Positions 42,287-53,119 are shown, numbered from the stretch's first letter. The stretch: 64,000 nucleotides of DNA from an uncultured Acidobacteriota bacterium (GCA_963796275.1 CAWCKY010000002.1:64001-128000); one strand, 5' to 3'. Program-made: numbers and translations. Notes: generated by a model not told the origin, from the letters alone.

Positions 42287-43042
42287 CTATGAGATCAAGT
42301 CTTCCTCCCAGTGCTCTACTCCCGACGACGTCTCACCTACCAGCAAGGAGACGAATGCGAGTAACGCCACCCGTGCACTGCCGAGAGGATAGTAAAACGC
42401 ATCCCAGTTCTCGCTATCTTCCCCGTCGTGATTATGGATGACATATTGAAAGTAGTGTGCTTCCTGCAGTTCGCGATAGGCGCTCGAAGCACGTCTTTCG
42501 ATGTCCTCCAGGTCCCTCAGTGAGAGTTCGCCCTTCTGCCGCCTTGTTCGACGCAGCAGTTTTCTCCGCATGACGTCGGTAATGAGGTTGGGAAGTGATA
42601 CGCTAGGTTCCGCCGCCTTAAGGAAGATGATCTCGTTACGAGAGAGCGGGGACATGAATACACTCAGCCGGTTCACCTCGGCTAGCGCAGGGGAAGTCTG
42701 CAAGGACTGGCCGACAAAGGGATTGCCCTCGAAGAGTACGTCGCCTCGAGCCAAGGACACCGACAACTCCTGAAGATCCAGGGCCTGCAGATCGCCCCGT
42801 ACATCCATAACCACGAACTGATCTTTCGCCTTCAGATTCTCTACTTGCTCGCGGGAACGGAAATGGTAGGCGACTCCATCTTCCTCCCCTGGTCGAGCGG
42901 CACGACTGTTGTAGAGCACGAGAGGCTGCAAAGTCTTGCGCAGCTCCGGATAAAATTTGGCGAGAGCCTTGGCTAGGGGGCTCTTCCCTACGCACGAAGG
43001 GCCAGAGAGAATAACCAGACGTCCTTTTCGTTCATCCGTCAT
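42287..43042 (-). CDS. Guanylate kinase-like P-loop protein
   Basis: LVILSGPSCVGKS, SRAARPGEEDGVAYHF. Confidence 0.8.
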   Translation of the reverse strand: MTDERKGRLVILSGPSCVGKSPLAKALAKFYPELRKTLQPLVLYNSRAARPGEEDGVAYHFRSREQVENLKAKDQFVVMDVRGDLQALDLQELSVSLARGDVLFEGNPFVGQSLQTSPALAEVNRLSVFMSPLSRNEIIFLKAAEPSVSLPNLITDVMRRKLLRRTRRQKGELSLRDLEDIERRASSAYRELQEAHYFQYVIHNHDGEDSENWDAFYYPLGSARVALLAFVSLLVGETSSGVEHWEEDLIS

Positions 43043-43299
43043 ATATGAATCCTCCGCTTGTGGTGTGTCGTACGTTTAAGCTCAGCAACAGCCGTCCCAC
43101 TTTCGGCGTCTGGTTTGGAAACTTCTCGTCCGGAAAACAGCAAAGCCTCATGTCCGGAAATGCTCACCAGGAAAAATAGTTCCGCTCTTTACCTCGCAGC
43201 CGGGTGATCGAAATCGCGCTTTTACCCTTGTGGTACTTCCTCGGTCTGGGGCTCGAGATCGCAGTGATGTTCTGAACGGTAGAACCTCGTTGAACCACG

Positions 43300-44274
43300 T
43301 TACTCGGCTCGTTCGAATAAACCGCTATTCGCTTCAAGGAACTCCCTCATGGCAGCAGCAATTTCCACCACGTGTGTCTCCGTCGCAAAATGACCGGTGT
43401 CCAAAAGCTGGACTGATGCGTTCGGTAAGTCCTTCCGAAAGGCATCCGCCCCGGCAGGGATGAAAAACGGATCATTCTTACCCCAGATTGCCAGCAGAGG
43501 CGGCTGAGCTTTGCGAAAGTATTCCTGAAACTTCGGATATAGCCTCAGGTTCGATGCATAGTCCAGAAGCAGATCGAGCTGAATCTCCTTGTTCCCGGGC
43601 CTCTCCATCAACGCCGCATCCAACGTATAGGATTCTGGTGCAACCCCGTCCGGAATTGCCACGCCGTGCGTGTACTGCCACCGCGTTCCCTCCAACGTTA
43701 GAATATTGCGCCCGATTACTTCGCGGTTTTCCAGTGTCGGCGTAGCCCAATACCTTCGAATAGAATCCCAAGCATCACCAAGCCCTTCCTCATACGCATT
43801 CCCGTTCTGTGAAATGATTGCGAGAACTCGTTCGGGGTGAGCCATCGCCAAACGGAATCCAGTGGGCGCGCCGTAATCGAAAACGTAGAGCGCGTACTGT
43901 TGCAAACCGAGTGTATCCGCGAACGCCTCGATCGATTGCGCCAGCGAATCGAACGAATACCGGTATTTCCGTTCCTTCGGAACATGAGTAAAGCCGAAAC
44001 CAGGCAAGTCTGGCGCAATCAGTCGATACCGATCGGCCAGGCGTGGGATCAACTCACGGAACATGAACGAAGATGTTGGGAACCCATGGAGCAAGAGAAT
44101 CACGGGCGCGTCCGGATCTCCGGCAGCGCGGTAGAAGATCCGGACGCCATCGGCCTCAACCGTCCCGAAGGAGGTGACTGGGATCGCCAACTGAGTCTCG
44201 GCAGGATGGGGAGCGACTCTCGATTTCCCCGACCCAGGCGCAGAGCGAATTGACTCGGAAATATTTTGTCTCAT
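43300..44274 (-). CDS. Alpha/beta hydrolase (epoxide hydrolase/dehalogenase-like)
   Basis: LLHGFP, APDLPGFG, FDYGAP nucleophile, DTGHFA. Confidence 0.9.
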   Translation of the reverse strand: MRQNISESIRSAPGSGKSRVAPHPAETQLAIPVTSFGTVEADGVRIFYRAAGDPDAPVILLLHGFPTSSFMFRELIPRLADRYRLIAPDLPGFGFTHVPKERKYRYSFDSLAQSIEAFADTLGLQQYALYVFDYGAPTGFRLAMAHPERVLAIISQNGNAYEEGLGDAWDSIRRYWATPTLENREVIGRNILTLEGTRWQYTHGVAIPDGVAPESYTLDAALMERPGNKEIQLDLLLDYASNLRLYPKFQEYFRKAQPPLLAIWGKNDPFFIPAGADAFRKDLPNASVQLLDTGHFATETHVVEIAAAMREFLEANSGLFERAE

Positions 44275-44405
44275 GAGGTTCTTCTCCCTCCAAACTCCTG
44301 ATTTCTGACAGCGCGATTTGCCGATGGGCTCACTGGCAATGGAGCAGCGGTTGCCCCTCAGCTTGAATACAAATGGTTCTTTTGCCGCCAACGACGATCG
44401 CTAAA

Positions 44406-44466
44406 TCAGCAGAGGCGGCCCAACCACCCGGCATAAATGGGATAATCGTGATGGTCGCTATAAATA
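44406..44466 (-). pseudogene. DUF417 (RclC/YkgB-like) fragment
   Basis: LFIATITIIPFMPGGWAASA; short, recognised from memory. Confidence 0.45.
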
Positions 44467-44654
44467 GCTCACTTAATGATACTAACAGGGGCAGCTCGAG
44501 GCATCTTTCTGAAATTTGCTGTGTGTTGCTATTTCTTGCGAGTTTCCTGGCTATGAAATCACCATAGCCTGTCTCGCATCGCGCTCCTTGACTTGCGCGT
44601 GCTCGCGTAAACAGTGCGTCTCGCAGTGCCAAAGCAGACTCGGCCAACGCCGAA

Positions 44655-45156
44655 GCCGCTTCACGAGCCCCTCAACACCCGCCTTGGTTGCGATATACGG
44701 GAAATATGTGGGGATTGACTTGGCGATGACGCTGCTCGAGAAAGCGATGATGCGGCCGCCTTCTGGGAGATGCGTCGCCGCCTGCCCCAGCACCAAAAAG
44801 GTTCCGCGCAAGTTGGTTGCAACCACTTTGTCGAATCTTTCTAGTTCCCCTCCAGAGATCGGAAGCAGCGGCATGATGCCGGCACAGTTGACAACTACGT
44901 TCAGCCCGTCGAAGGCATCGATGGTCTCCTTGACGAGCCGCTCCACGTCTGCGGCGTTTGCCACATCCCCCCTCACCTCGATCGCCTGTCCGCCCGCCGC
45001 CTTGATTGCGGCCATAACTTCCAGTGCCTTCGCGGAGTTGCCGGCGTAGCTCACTGTGACAGCAAAGCCGTCACGCCCCAGCCTTTCCGCCACCGCACGG
45101 CCAATCCCGCCTGAAGCGCCGGTAACGATAGCGCTCTTGATCGATGCGTTTTTCAT
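44655..45156 (-). pseudogene. SDR truncated just after YxxxK
   Basis: TGASGGIG, NCAG, YIATKAGVEGLV, then unrelated sequence. Confidence 0.8.
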
Positions 45157-45363
45157 ATGTAGCTCCCTCGTTTTCGGATTCACAACCTTTTAACCCCTGA
45201 AGGGGCGCAAAAATAAAAGCCACAGGTGGAGCGAAACGCAACCCCTGACAAGTAGCATCTCGTGTCGCAATCATGTGCATCCCCTTTCGGTGTTGCGCGT
45301 GAAATAATGGGCTACCAACAGGAATATTCCTGCTATCACCTACAGTTTGGAACGATTCCGTTA

Positions 45364-45870
45364 TCACGAATGCATAATCCCCTTCTGCTTTCTGATTACG
45401 CCATCTATCGCCAATGGTCCGGAGCCACCCAAGACAAGGGCCGCGAGGCAGGCGAGATAGAGGAGGTTACATTCATAGCCTGGAGGTCCGAACTGCGCCC
45501 CGGCTGCAGTCACGGCTATCAACTTGATCGAACTGAACCCGTAGGGTAGATGCACGGTAAACATCGCCACCAGTAGAACCGCAGCCATTGGTAAGCTGAC
45601 AAGCGGCACGAAAGCGCCTAGAATTACGGCTAATCCACCAAATAGCTCGACCAGTATGGTGGTCCACGCCATGAAATGTGGTCCAGGCACGCCCATCGCT
45701 TGCAGGATGGTGGCGAAAGCGTCTGGGCCCTTGGATAGTTTGGAGAAACCGTGCTCCATGAAACCATAGCCAACTATCAGACGCAGCGGAATGGGAGCCC
45801 AGCGTGCGAGGGGAAGCCGACTTAGCAACTCCATTGAAAAAACAGGCAGCTTATTTTCACGAATACCCAT
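45364..45870 (-). CDS. DoxX-family membrane protein
   Basis: LRLIVG..F..HG..KL, E..GGL..ILG, G.GPLAID. Confidence 0.88.
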   Translation of the reverse strand: MGIRENKLPVFSMELLSRLPLARWAPIPLRLIVGYGFMEHGFSKLSKGPDAFATILQAMGVPGPHFMAWTTILVELFGGLAVILGAFVPLVSLPMAAVLLVAMFTVHLPYGFSSIKLIAVTAAGAQFGPPGYECNLLYLACLAALVLGGSGPLAIDGVIRKQKGIMHS

Positions 45871-45874
45871 ACCT

Positions 45875-46324
45875 CTATTTTTCCAGTGAAGCGACTTCAG
45901 CCAGGCGACGCAGGTGACGCTCGGCCTGGCTGAACTCAGCCGCCAGGAACGCCTCGACAAGGTCCCAGGCGAGGAATGGCCCCAGAGTCCGAGCGCCCAG
46001 ACAAATTATGTTCATGTGATCATCCTCCACCCCTTGCCGGGCGGAGAAGTGATCGCTGATCAGACCGGCGCGAATACCCGGAATTTTATTGGCGCAGACG
46101 GTCGCGCCCACACCGCTGCCGCAAACGGCCACTCCGCGCTCGAGCTCACCTGCCGCCACCGACCGGGCCAGTGGGATAACAAAATCAGGGTAATCGTCAC
46201 CTGAATTTAGACTATGTGCACCGAAGTCGAAGACTTCATGACCCGCCGCGCGAAGACGCGCAAGCATATCTTCCTTCAGCCAGTATCCACCGTGATCGGT
46301 GGCGATTCCGAGATGCATATTCAC
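45875..46324 (-). CDS. rpiB: Ribose-5-phosphate isomerase B
   Basis: ATDHGG, DDYPD, CGSGVG..V.ANK.PGIRA, RHLRRL. Confidence 0.92.
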   Translation of the reverse strand: MNMHLGIATDHGGYWLKEDMLARLRAAGHEVFDFGAHSLNSGDDYPDFVIPLARSVAAGELERGVAVCGSGVGATVCANKIPGIRAGLISDHFSARQGVEDDHMNIICLGARTLGPFLAWDLVEAFLAAEFSQAERHLRRLAEVASLEK

Positions 46325-46422
46325 TCCTTCGTTGGATTGCTCCAGCCTCCCATCGGCGTCACTCGCTCGACCTCAGCCGGTCCCCAAGTATTCGTTTCCA
46401 GCGCCATGAAATGATCTCCAGC
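46321..46422 (-). pseudogene. zwf: Second zwf remnant (two segments joined by deletion)
   Basis: Reverse complement matches zwf 6365-6392 fused to 6770-6845 (NTWGP.EVERVTPMGGWSNPT). Confidence 0.8.
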
Positions 46423-46468
46423 CACCGATATCTCCTGCAAGTAACATCGTCAAACGGTTGTGCCGATT

Positions 46469-47894
46469 TCAAGCTGACCTTTGTGTGCTTTTCGCGGGGA
46501 CGCTGGCCAACAGCCCGACCAGACCTTCAGACAACGTGGGATGGGTGAAGAGCGCATCACGCAACATGGTATAGGTCATACGCCCGATCATCGCGGTCTG
46601 AACAGCAGCCATCGGTTCGCTAGCCTCGAAGCAAAATGCTGTGACCCCTAGAATTTCGTCGCTGTTCGCGCCGATGAGCATCTTCAAGAACCCACGCGGT
46701 TCAGAGACCGTCACGTTACGGAGAACATCAGCCGCCTGCATTTTAGCCACGCGGTACGCGATACCATCGCGCCGCGCCTCGGATTCGTTGCTCCCCACTC
46801 GCGCCAATTCCGGATCGGTGAAGAGGCAAAACGGCACCAAACGATTCTTAGTCGTGCGATTGCCACCGTTGAGATTGCCATACACCACACGGAAATCATC
46901 AAAAGCTACATGAGTAAACTGGGGGCTGCCGGCGCAATCACCCATTGCCCAGATGTTTGCAGCGGTTGTCTCCAGCCGATCGTTGACCTTGATATAACCG
47001 CGCCCGTCGAGTTCGACTCCAGTCAGCTCAAGTCCGATGCCGTCGGTGTTCGCTATCCGGCCTGTAGCGACAAGGACGTCAGTCCCTTCGAGAATTCGCT
47101 CGCCATCCTGGTCCTTAGCATGGATGCGAACCTTCTTGCCGGAACGCCCTTCAACCCGGGCGGCATGCGTTTCGAGTAAAACATCGATCCCTTCGTCTCG
47201 AAACAACTCAAGAAGCGCGGCGCCGACATCGGAATCTTCATGTCTTGCGAGCTGCGGGCCGGCTTCTAATAACGTCACCTGCGAGCCGAATCGCCGAATC
47301 GCCGAATCGCCGAATCGCCTGCGTTAGTTCGAGGCCGACATAGCCGCCGCCGAGAACGATGAGATGCTCCGGAAGCCGGTCGAGGTCGAGAGCTTCGATG
47401 TGTGTCATCGGTTGGGCCGCAGCAAGACCCGGAATGTTGGGCATGGGCGAGCGCGAACCTAGAGCGAGAAAAACGCGATCGGCGAGAACGGTTCTCGCAC
47501 CACCTTCGTTGAGCGAGATTTCGACGGTTCGCGGAGCGATGAACCGGGCATTGCCCATGATCAGTTCCACGCCGCTGGCTACTCCAAGGTCAACGTGTAC
47601 CTGATGCTGCTCTTCGACCATGAGCCGCTTGCGACGCTGAACGCCCGCCATGTTGATGGAAAGCGAACCAAGTTCGAGGCCAAATTCCGCGCCGCGCCGC
47701 GCCAGTGAAGCCACTCTCGCGGAGTAGATCAGGTTTTTGCTTGGCAGGCATGCGACGTTGGGGCATGATCCTCCTAAATTTTTCCTTTCGACCATCGCGA
47801 TCTGATGACCCGCCTTGGCCATCGTCCAGGCAAGAAACTTACCCGCTTCTCCGCTCCCGATAACGAGATTCTCATATCTTTCGATGTCCGGCAT
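46469..47894 (-). pseudogene. Flavin disulfide reductase (MerA/RclA-like), frameshifted by repeat expansion
   Basis: GSGEAG, GGSCPNVACLPSK, GGGYVGLE, GDC, FTHPTLSE; no C-terminal Cys pair; shift at 47285-47316. Confidence 0.88.
47285..47319. repeat. (GCCGAATC)x4 short tandem repeat
   Basis: Read directly from the sequence. Confidence 0.95.
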
Positions 47895-48094
47895 TTGTCA
47901 TTCTCCTTTTATTAATCGAAGAAATGAGCTTACGAAGATGGCTCGGATGTGTCTTACTATTTTTTGCCGGAACCGGCTGTTTCTTGCGATCTCTTTTTGA
48001 GAGCAATCAATCCCAACGGTAATGGCAGGTAGAAATGCGGAAGCAATTCGTGAGCTTCTGTGAAGGATCAAGTCCACCTCAGAAATCGTATCTT

Positions 48095-49858
48095 TCACAA
48101 ATCGATGACGACGTCTCGTATCGGTTGTGAGCAGCAAACGAGAAGATTGCCGTCGGCGGGCTTTTCGAGTGGCTCCGGGCTGTACACGATCGGCCCAGAA
48201 ACCAGACCGCTCTCACAGCTGTGACAAACACCGGTCCGGCACGACCAACGGACCGGGACGTCGCACGCCTCGGCCAGCTCCAAAATGCTCTGGTAGGCCG
48301 ATGAGTTCCAGTGTGCGGCTATGCCACTGCGAGCGAAAGATATCAGCGGACCGGTGTTGGCATCGTCCTCGGGCAGATGCGGAGCTCGCGTCACCGCGCC
48401 GACGACGCCAGGGGTCATCGACTCGCTACCATTGAAGATTTCGACGTGAATCCGCTCCGGCGCCGCGCCTAAGCTTGCGAGAGCCTCTTTCATTTCTGCC
48501 ATGAAGCGAGTAGGCCCGCAGAGGTAGACATCCGCTTCCCGTGGGACGACGACCTTGTCGAAGACCGATCGCGACAGGCGTCCGGTAGCGTCGAAATCCT
48601 CACCCATCTTGTCGCGCGAGCCCGGTCTGCTGTAACAAACATAACTTCGGCTGTGCATGAGCGAGGGAAGGAGGCGGTGGACTTCTGCGGCGAATGGATG
48701 ATGCTCCCGATCGCGAGCCCCGTGCAGCCACCAGACCTGCCGGGTCGAGCGGGCCGCCGCCAGAGCGTGCAGCATCGCCAGTACAGGTGTCGCACCGATT
48801 CCGGCGCTGAGCAGCACCACCGGTCGTTCTCCAGGCTGCAGAATGAAGCTGCCGCGCGGCGAGCTGAAGTCGAGAGCATCGCCCACTCGGACATGCTCCT
48901 GCAGGTAGGTTCCCGCCACCCCATTCGGCTCGATCTTCACGCTGATTCGATAACGCTCCGTCGAAAGTGGACCGGAGAGCGAGTAACTGCGAAAAAGTGG
49001 AGGACCGCCGGCGGTCGGCTGAAGACGCAAGACCACGTACTGGCCTGGCAGAGCCGTTCGCAGCGGCTGACCGTCCGGGCTCTGCATCGTCAGCGAGAGG
49101 ACGTCCGCCGCCTCATGATTGATCGCCGTCACCTTGAGCGGCCGAAACCCAGGTGCAACCGGATGCGCAGCAGCTGCCGGCGCGAGCCCCGCGTTACCAC
49201 TCCCTGCGCCAGTCGTTTGGCTCTGAAGTAACGCCTCAAACGACGAGCGCCAGCCGGGCGAAAGCGCTTCGATACGCAATGCGCGCTCCAGTCGATCGCG
49301 CGCATGATCGGGCGAATAGAGGAGCGCGTTGATCTCTGCGACGGTCATTTGCTCCTTCGCCTCTCCCATCTTCACGATTTCATCGCCGGCGCCCACTGCG
49401 CCTTCTTGCAGGACGCGGAAGTAAAACCCAGGCCGGCCGCTCGATGTCAGCAATGCCGGCATTCGGGGCTCGTTCATCCGAATGCCGACGCGATAACAGG
49501 TAACGCGAGGTTGAGTGACCTCGAACAGCGCGTTGCCGATCTGATAACGGTCGCCGATACACACAACATCGTCGGGCAACCCTTCGATCGTGAAATTCTC
49601 CCCGAACTGTCCGTAGACGAAGTCGGTCCTCTTCAACTGCTCCTGCCAATGGCGATACGATTCGATCTGGTAGACGAAGACGGCGCGCTGCTCTCCCCCG
49701 TGCCCGGCCAGGTCGCCTTGGCCGTCTCCCTCGATATTCAAACGGCCGACCCGACAGCGGCCAGACACCGGATACTTCCAGATTCCGGTGTGCACAGTGC
49801 GACCCTTCCACGCGATGTCGCGCGGTAGTCCGACGTTTACTGATAGTAGTCGAGCCAT
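48095..49858 (-). CDS. MOSC domain + FAD/NAD reductase + 2Fe-2S ferredoxin fusion
   Basis: HGGEQRAV, FGENF, PRVTCYR; RSYSL, AGIGATP, CGP; CRTGVCHSC...CC. Confidence 0.92.
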   Translation of the reverse strand: MARLLSVNVGLPRDIAWKGRTVHTGIWKYPVSGRCRVGRLNIEGDGQGDLAGHGGEQRAVFVYQIESYRHWQEQLKRTDFVYGQFGENFTIEGLPDDVVCIGDRYQIGNALFEVTQPRVTCYRVGIRMNEPRMPALLTSSGRPGFYFRVLQEGAVGAGDEIVKMGEAKEQMTVAEINALLYSPDHARDRLERALRIEALSPGWRSSFEALLQSQTTGAGSGNAGLAPAAAAHPVAPGFRPLKVTAINHEAADVLSLTMQSPDGQPLRTALPGQYVVLRLQPTAGGPPLFRSYSLSGPLSTERYRISVKIEPNGVAGTYLQEHVRVGDALDFSSPRGSFILQPGERPVVLLSAGIGATPVLAMLHALAAARSTRQVWWLHGARDREHHPFAAEVHRLLPSLMHSRSYVCYSRPGSRDKMGEDFDATGRLSRSVFDKVVVPREADVYLCGPTRFMAEMKEALASLGAAPERIHVEIFNGSESMTPGVVGAVTRAPHLPEDDANTGPLISFARSGIAAHWNSSAYQSILELAEACDVPVRWSCRTGVCHSCESGLVSGPIVYSPEPLEKPADGNLLVCCSQPIRDVVIDL

Positions 49859-49869
49859 GTCACACCGCT

Positions 49870-50773
49870 TTAGTGGAGATCAGAAGCCCTACCAGCTTGG
49901 ATATCCTTATTTGCAGGCGGGAGCGCCTCGGCTACGGTGAGGTCGCGATCTGGGCCGTGCGAAATCACCGTCTGACCCGGCTCTAGACGAAGTTGGGTGC
50001 CATCGAGCTGTACCGTGACCATGTCCGGCTCAAACGACACCAGGTCGGAGATCCGGCCGACGCTCGGGATACGCCTCACGATACGACCATGCCGCCCGAT
50101 GTGCGTCACCGATGTCGTAGTAGCTGCACAGCCCTTTGTACGGACAGAAGGTCTGGAATTCCACGGGGGTCAGTTCGGACTCATCGATGTCGGCGCGTAC
50201 AACATACCAGCGCGGCGCGAAGCCGGACTCGTAGAGTACTACCGGCCGCCTGGTATCGGCGATAATGCGGTCACGATGGCGGACCACCAGGCTACGGGAG
50301 GACTGGCGAATGTCGATGCGGTGGTAGCTGTCGGCGGCATGACCCAGGATCCGTTCGTCTTCTTCGTAGAAGGCGTCCATTGCCGGCCAGGCGAACGCGA
50401 CCCGTGATTGCAGCTCACTCGCGTAGGCGGGTAGTTCAATGTGCTGCCACGCTCCTCGAGGCGCGCTCTGCTCGCCCATCCGGACGATGTACCAGGACGT
50501 GAGCCCGAGGTCGAGGTGCCGGGTAGTGTGATCGGTGTGTACTAGTGTGTCGGGAGAGACGTCGGCCTCCGGGAAGTAGGCCACCGGATAGCGGCCGGGT
50601 TCGAAGAGTAAGATCACATCCTCGCTATCGGCGATCCATGTTCCGCCGAAGCGCACGCGCATGCGCCGACGCAGCGGCTCGACATACAACAGTCTCTTGG
50701 GTAGCGGTTCGGGCACGAGGAACCGGCCGATTGCTCCCGATGAGAGCGGACCTTGTTGCCATGACAGTCCCAT
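49870..50773 (-). CDS. Double DUF427 protein, frameshift near 50065
   Basis: L.E...PVAYFP, FYEEDE, CPYKG..SYY, AAWSY; continues as VGRISDLVSFEPD in another frame. Confidence 0.82.
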
Positions 50774-50838
50774 TGCTCTTTCCTCCTATTGGGTTAACCA
50801 GCCGCGATCGCAAGCAAGGCTCCTCCGTTCTACACTCG

Positions 50839-52041
50839 TCATAATTCCTCTTGCTTCTCTTTGATAACCGCCCCAAAACCCTGAGCGGTCAGCAGCACTT
50901 GATTAGGCCGCCGCCGATTTATACCGATTGAGACTGGGGATATGACCGCCTGCGAAGTGATTGACTTCCTGAAACCCAATTCGCAGAACCTCTTATCGAA
51001 ATCGACTCGGATAATATCTCCCGAGTCGAGCTGCCCGGTCGCGATCAAATTCGACAGCGGGATGACCAGATGGCGCTCGATCGCCCGCTTCAGTGGACGG
51101 GCGCCATAGCGCCGGTCATAGCCCTCAACAAGCAGGAAATCTTTCGCTTGGTCGCTGCAACTGAGTATGAAAGGGATATACCCTGCTTCTAGAATTCGGC
51201 ACTGAACTCGTTCGATCTCAAGCTCCAGAATTCGTCGCAGCGCCTCTTCAGTCAGCGACCGGAAGACCACTACCTTATCCAGACGGTTCATAAATTCAGG
51301 AGAAAACTTGCGCCGAGCCGCCTCTACTCCGATCTTCTCCAATTTCGCATCAAGCTCCTCAGAAGGGACGGCTCTCGATGCGAAGCCCAACTTCCCTTCA
51401 GTAACTTCACTCATCTCGCGCGCCCCGAGATTAGAGGTCAGGATCACGATGCAGTCGGAGAAGTCGACACGACGGTTGTCGCCCAGAGTGAGCGTCGCCT
51501 TATCCAAGATAGCGAGCAGCAATTGCCAAAGCGTTTCAGAGGCTTTCTCGATCTCATCGAAGAGCAAAAACGTCAGATTCGTCTGCGGCGTGTGGAAGCG
51601 ATCGAGGTTCTCCTGCGTCAACAGCGGCGCGGTCTCGCGGTGGCCCAGATAGCCCGGAGGCGATCCGACCAGCTTGGCTATCTCGTGCGAATGCTGGAAT
51701 TCGGCGCAATCAATCTTGACGATGGCGTGCGGATCACCGAACAGGACTTCGGCAGCCGCCTCGACAGCGTGTGTCTTGCCGGAACCAGTGGGGCCCAAGA
51801 AAAGCATCGTCCCGAGTGGTTTGCCGGGCAGCGCCATCTTGGCCAGATATATCTGGTATAACTGCGAGAGCGCCAGGACCGCGTCATCTTGTGCGACGAC
51901 TCGCTTAAAGAGTTCTTCTTCGAACCAGCTTGCCTTCTCGCACCTTCGCTTAGCATCCAGCGAGAGCCAACCCGACGGCTGAGTCGCTGTAGCGGCGGCT
52001 GGCCCGATTATCGATTTCTGGGATACCATTTGTTCCTCCAC
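50839..52041 (-). CDS. Stand-alone ClpA/ClpB D2-type AAA+ ATPase
   Basis: GPTGSGKT, KLVGSPPGYLG, LFDEIEKA, TSNLG, PEFMNRLD, YGARPLKR; no D1 or N domain. Confidence 0.9.
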   Translation of the reverse strand: MEEQMVSQKSIIGPAAATATQPSGWLSLDAKRRCEKASWFEEELFKRVVAQDDAVLALSQLYQIYLAKMALPGKPLGTMLFLGPTGSGKTHAVEAAAEVLFGDPHAIVKIDCAEFQHSHEIAKLVGSPPGYLGHRETAPLLTQENLDRFHTPQTNLTFLLFDEIEKASETLWQLLLAILDKATLTLGDNRRVDFSDCIVILTSNLGAREMSEVTEGKLGFASRAVPSEELDAKLEKIGVEAARRKFSPEFMNRLDKVVVFRSLTEEALRRILELEIERVQCRILEAGYIPFILSCSDQAKDFLLVEGYDRRYGARPLKRAIERHLVIPLSNLIATGQLDSGDIIRVDFDKRFCELGFRKSITSQAVISPVSIGINRRRPNQVLLTAQGFGAVIKEKQEEL

Positions 52042-52048
52042 AGAAAAT

Positions 52049-52108
52049 AGTTTTCAGTTGAGCGATTTCGATCGGAGGCTGAAAACCGAAAACTGAAAAC
52101 TGAAAACT
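52049..52108. repeat. Heptamer tandem repeat with inverted copy (hairpin)
   Basis: AGTTTTCAG ... (CTGAAAA)x4 with one variant. Confidence 0.8.
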
Positions 52109-52111
52109 CTA

Positions 52112-53119
52112 TTACATTCCCCTTCTGAAAATGCTCGGTGTGACGCCGGCCAATCTACGGAAAGAGGTTGTAAAATGGCTCTGGCTGGAGAAACCCGCCC
52201 TGAGAGCGATCTCCGAGATCGGAAGTTCTGTCTCCGCCAAGAGCCTCTTGGCCCGTTCTATCCGCTGCCGGGTGATGTAATTTATGGGGCTCAACCCTAT
52301 CGATTGTTTAAAAGATCTTGAAAAGTGGTAGTAGCTCATCCCGACCTCTTCTGCTATCACCGCCAGAGAGACCTCCTGCTCCTGCTCGAGATGATCGCTG
52401 ATGCGTTCGACAGCTCGACGCAGTTTGTGTGGCGCCATTCCACCCCTTGTGATCCGGACATCTTTCAAACAGCTGTAGCGCCTGACGAGTTGTATAGCGA
52501 TCACAGACGCCACTGAATCCGCATACAGTCTTCCGACAACGTTCTCTTCTTTCAGCTCATATAGAAGAGACATGGCAAGATAACTGAGCTGTTCATCTAT
52601 TACGCCGAGTTGCGGTTCGATCGCGATCTGCTTGTGATTGAGATCACACGCCTCAGCGGTCTTCTGGACAAACCCAGGGTGAAGATAGATGTTTAAAGTC
52701 TCCTGGGACCTGCCGCTGTGCCTACGCCAATGCGAAAGCACACCAGCCGGAATAATCGCTATCTCTCCGGGGCTCAGGCGCCGCTCAAATTCGTACCCGT
52801 CTATGCTCACGCTGGCAGTGGGCTGTGGCCCGTGCGGCCCCAGCGACAGAATCATGGAGTGACTCTCGAGAGGAGGTATCTCCATCTCGCGGTTGGTATG
52901 TCGCATGTGCAAAACCCGAATATTCTGCCAGCCGAGATACTCACTCGATGTAATGACCGCCTCAGGATGAATCTGTGACAGGTCACTCAGTGACCTCCCT
53001 AAGCGATCGCCTGTTCTATCAGCGAACATTTTTACCTTGCTACGGTGCGGTGGTCCCTCCCAAAATTGCCCAGCAAAAAGTGAGCAGTTATCGCCATAGA
53101 CTGTTTTTGTTTGGAACAT
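52112..53119 (-). CDS. AraC-family regulator
   Basis: GRLYADS, SL..IA..VGMS.YHFSRSFK, IALRAGFSSQSHFT..FRR..GVTP. Confidence 0.92.
   Translation of the reverse strand: MFQTKTVYGDNCSLFAGQFWEGPPHRSKVKMFADRTGDRLGRSLSDLSQIHPEAVITSSEYLGWQNIRVLHMRHTNREMEIPPLESHSMILSLGPHGPQPTASVSIDGYEFERRLSPGEIAIIPAGVLSHWRRHSGRSQETLNIYLHPGFVQKTAEACDLNHKQIAIEPQLGVIDEQLSYLAMSLLYELKEENVVGRLYADSVASVIAIQLVRRYSCLKDVRITRGGMAPHKLRRAVERISDHLEQEQEVSLAVIAEEVGMSYYHFSRSFKQSIGLSPINYITRQRIERAKRLLAETELPISEIALRAGFSSQSHFTTSFRRLAGVTPSIFRRGM

Noticed and set aside
46469-47894. Mercury-resistance merA
   Set aside because: No NmerA domain, no C-terminal Cys-Cys, and no merR/T/P nearby.
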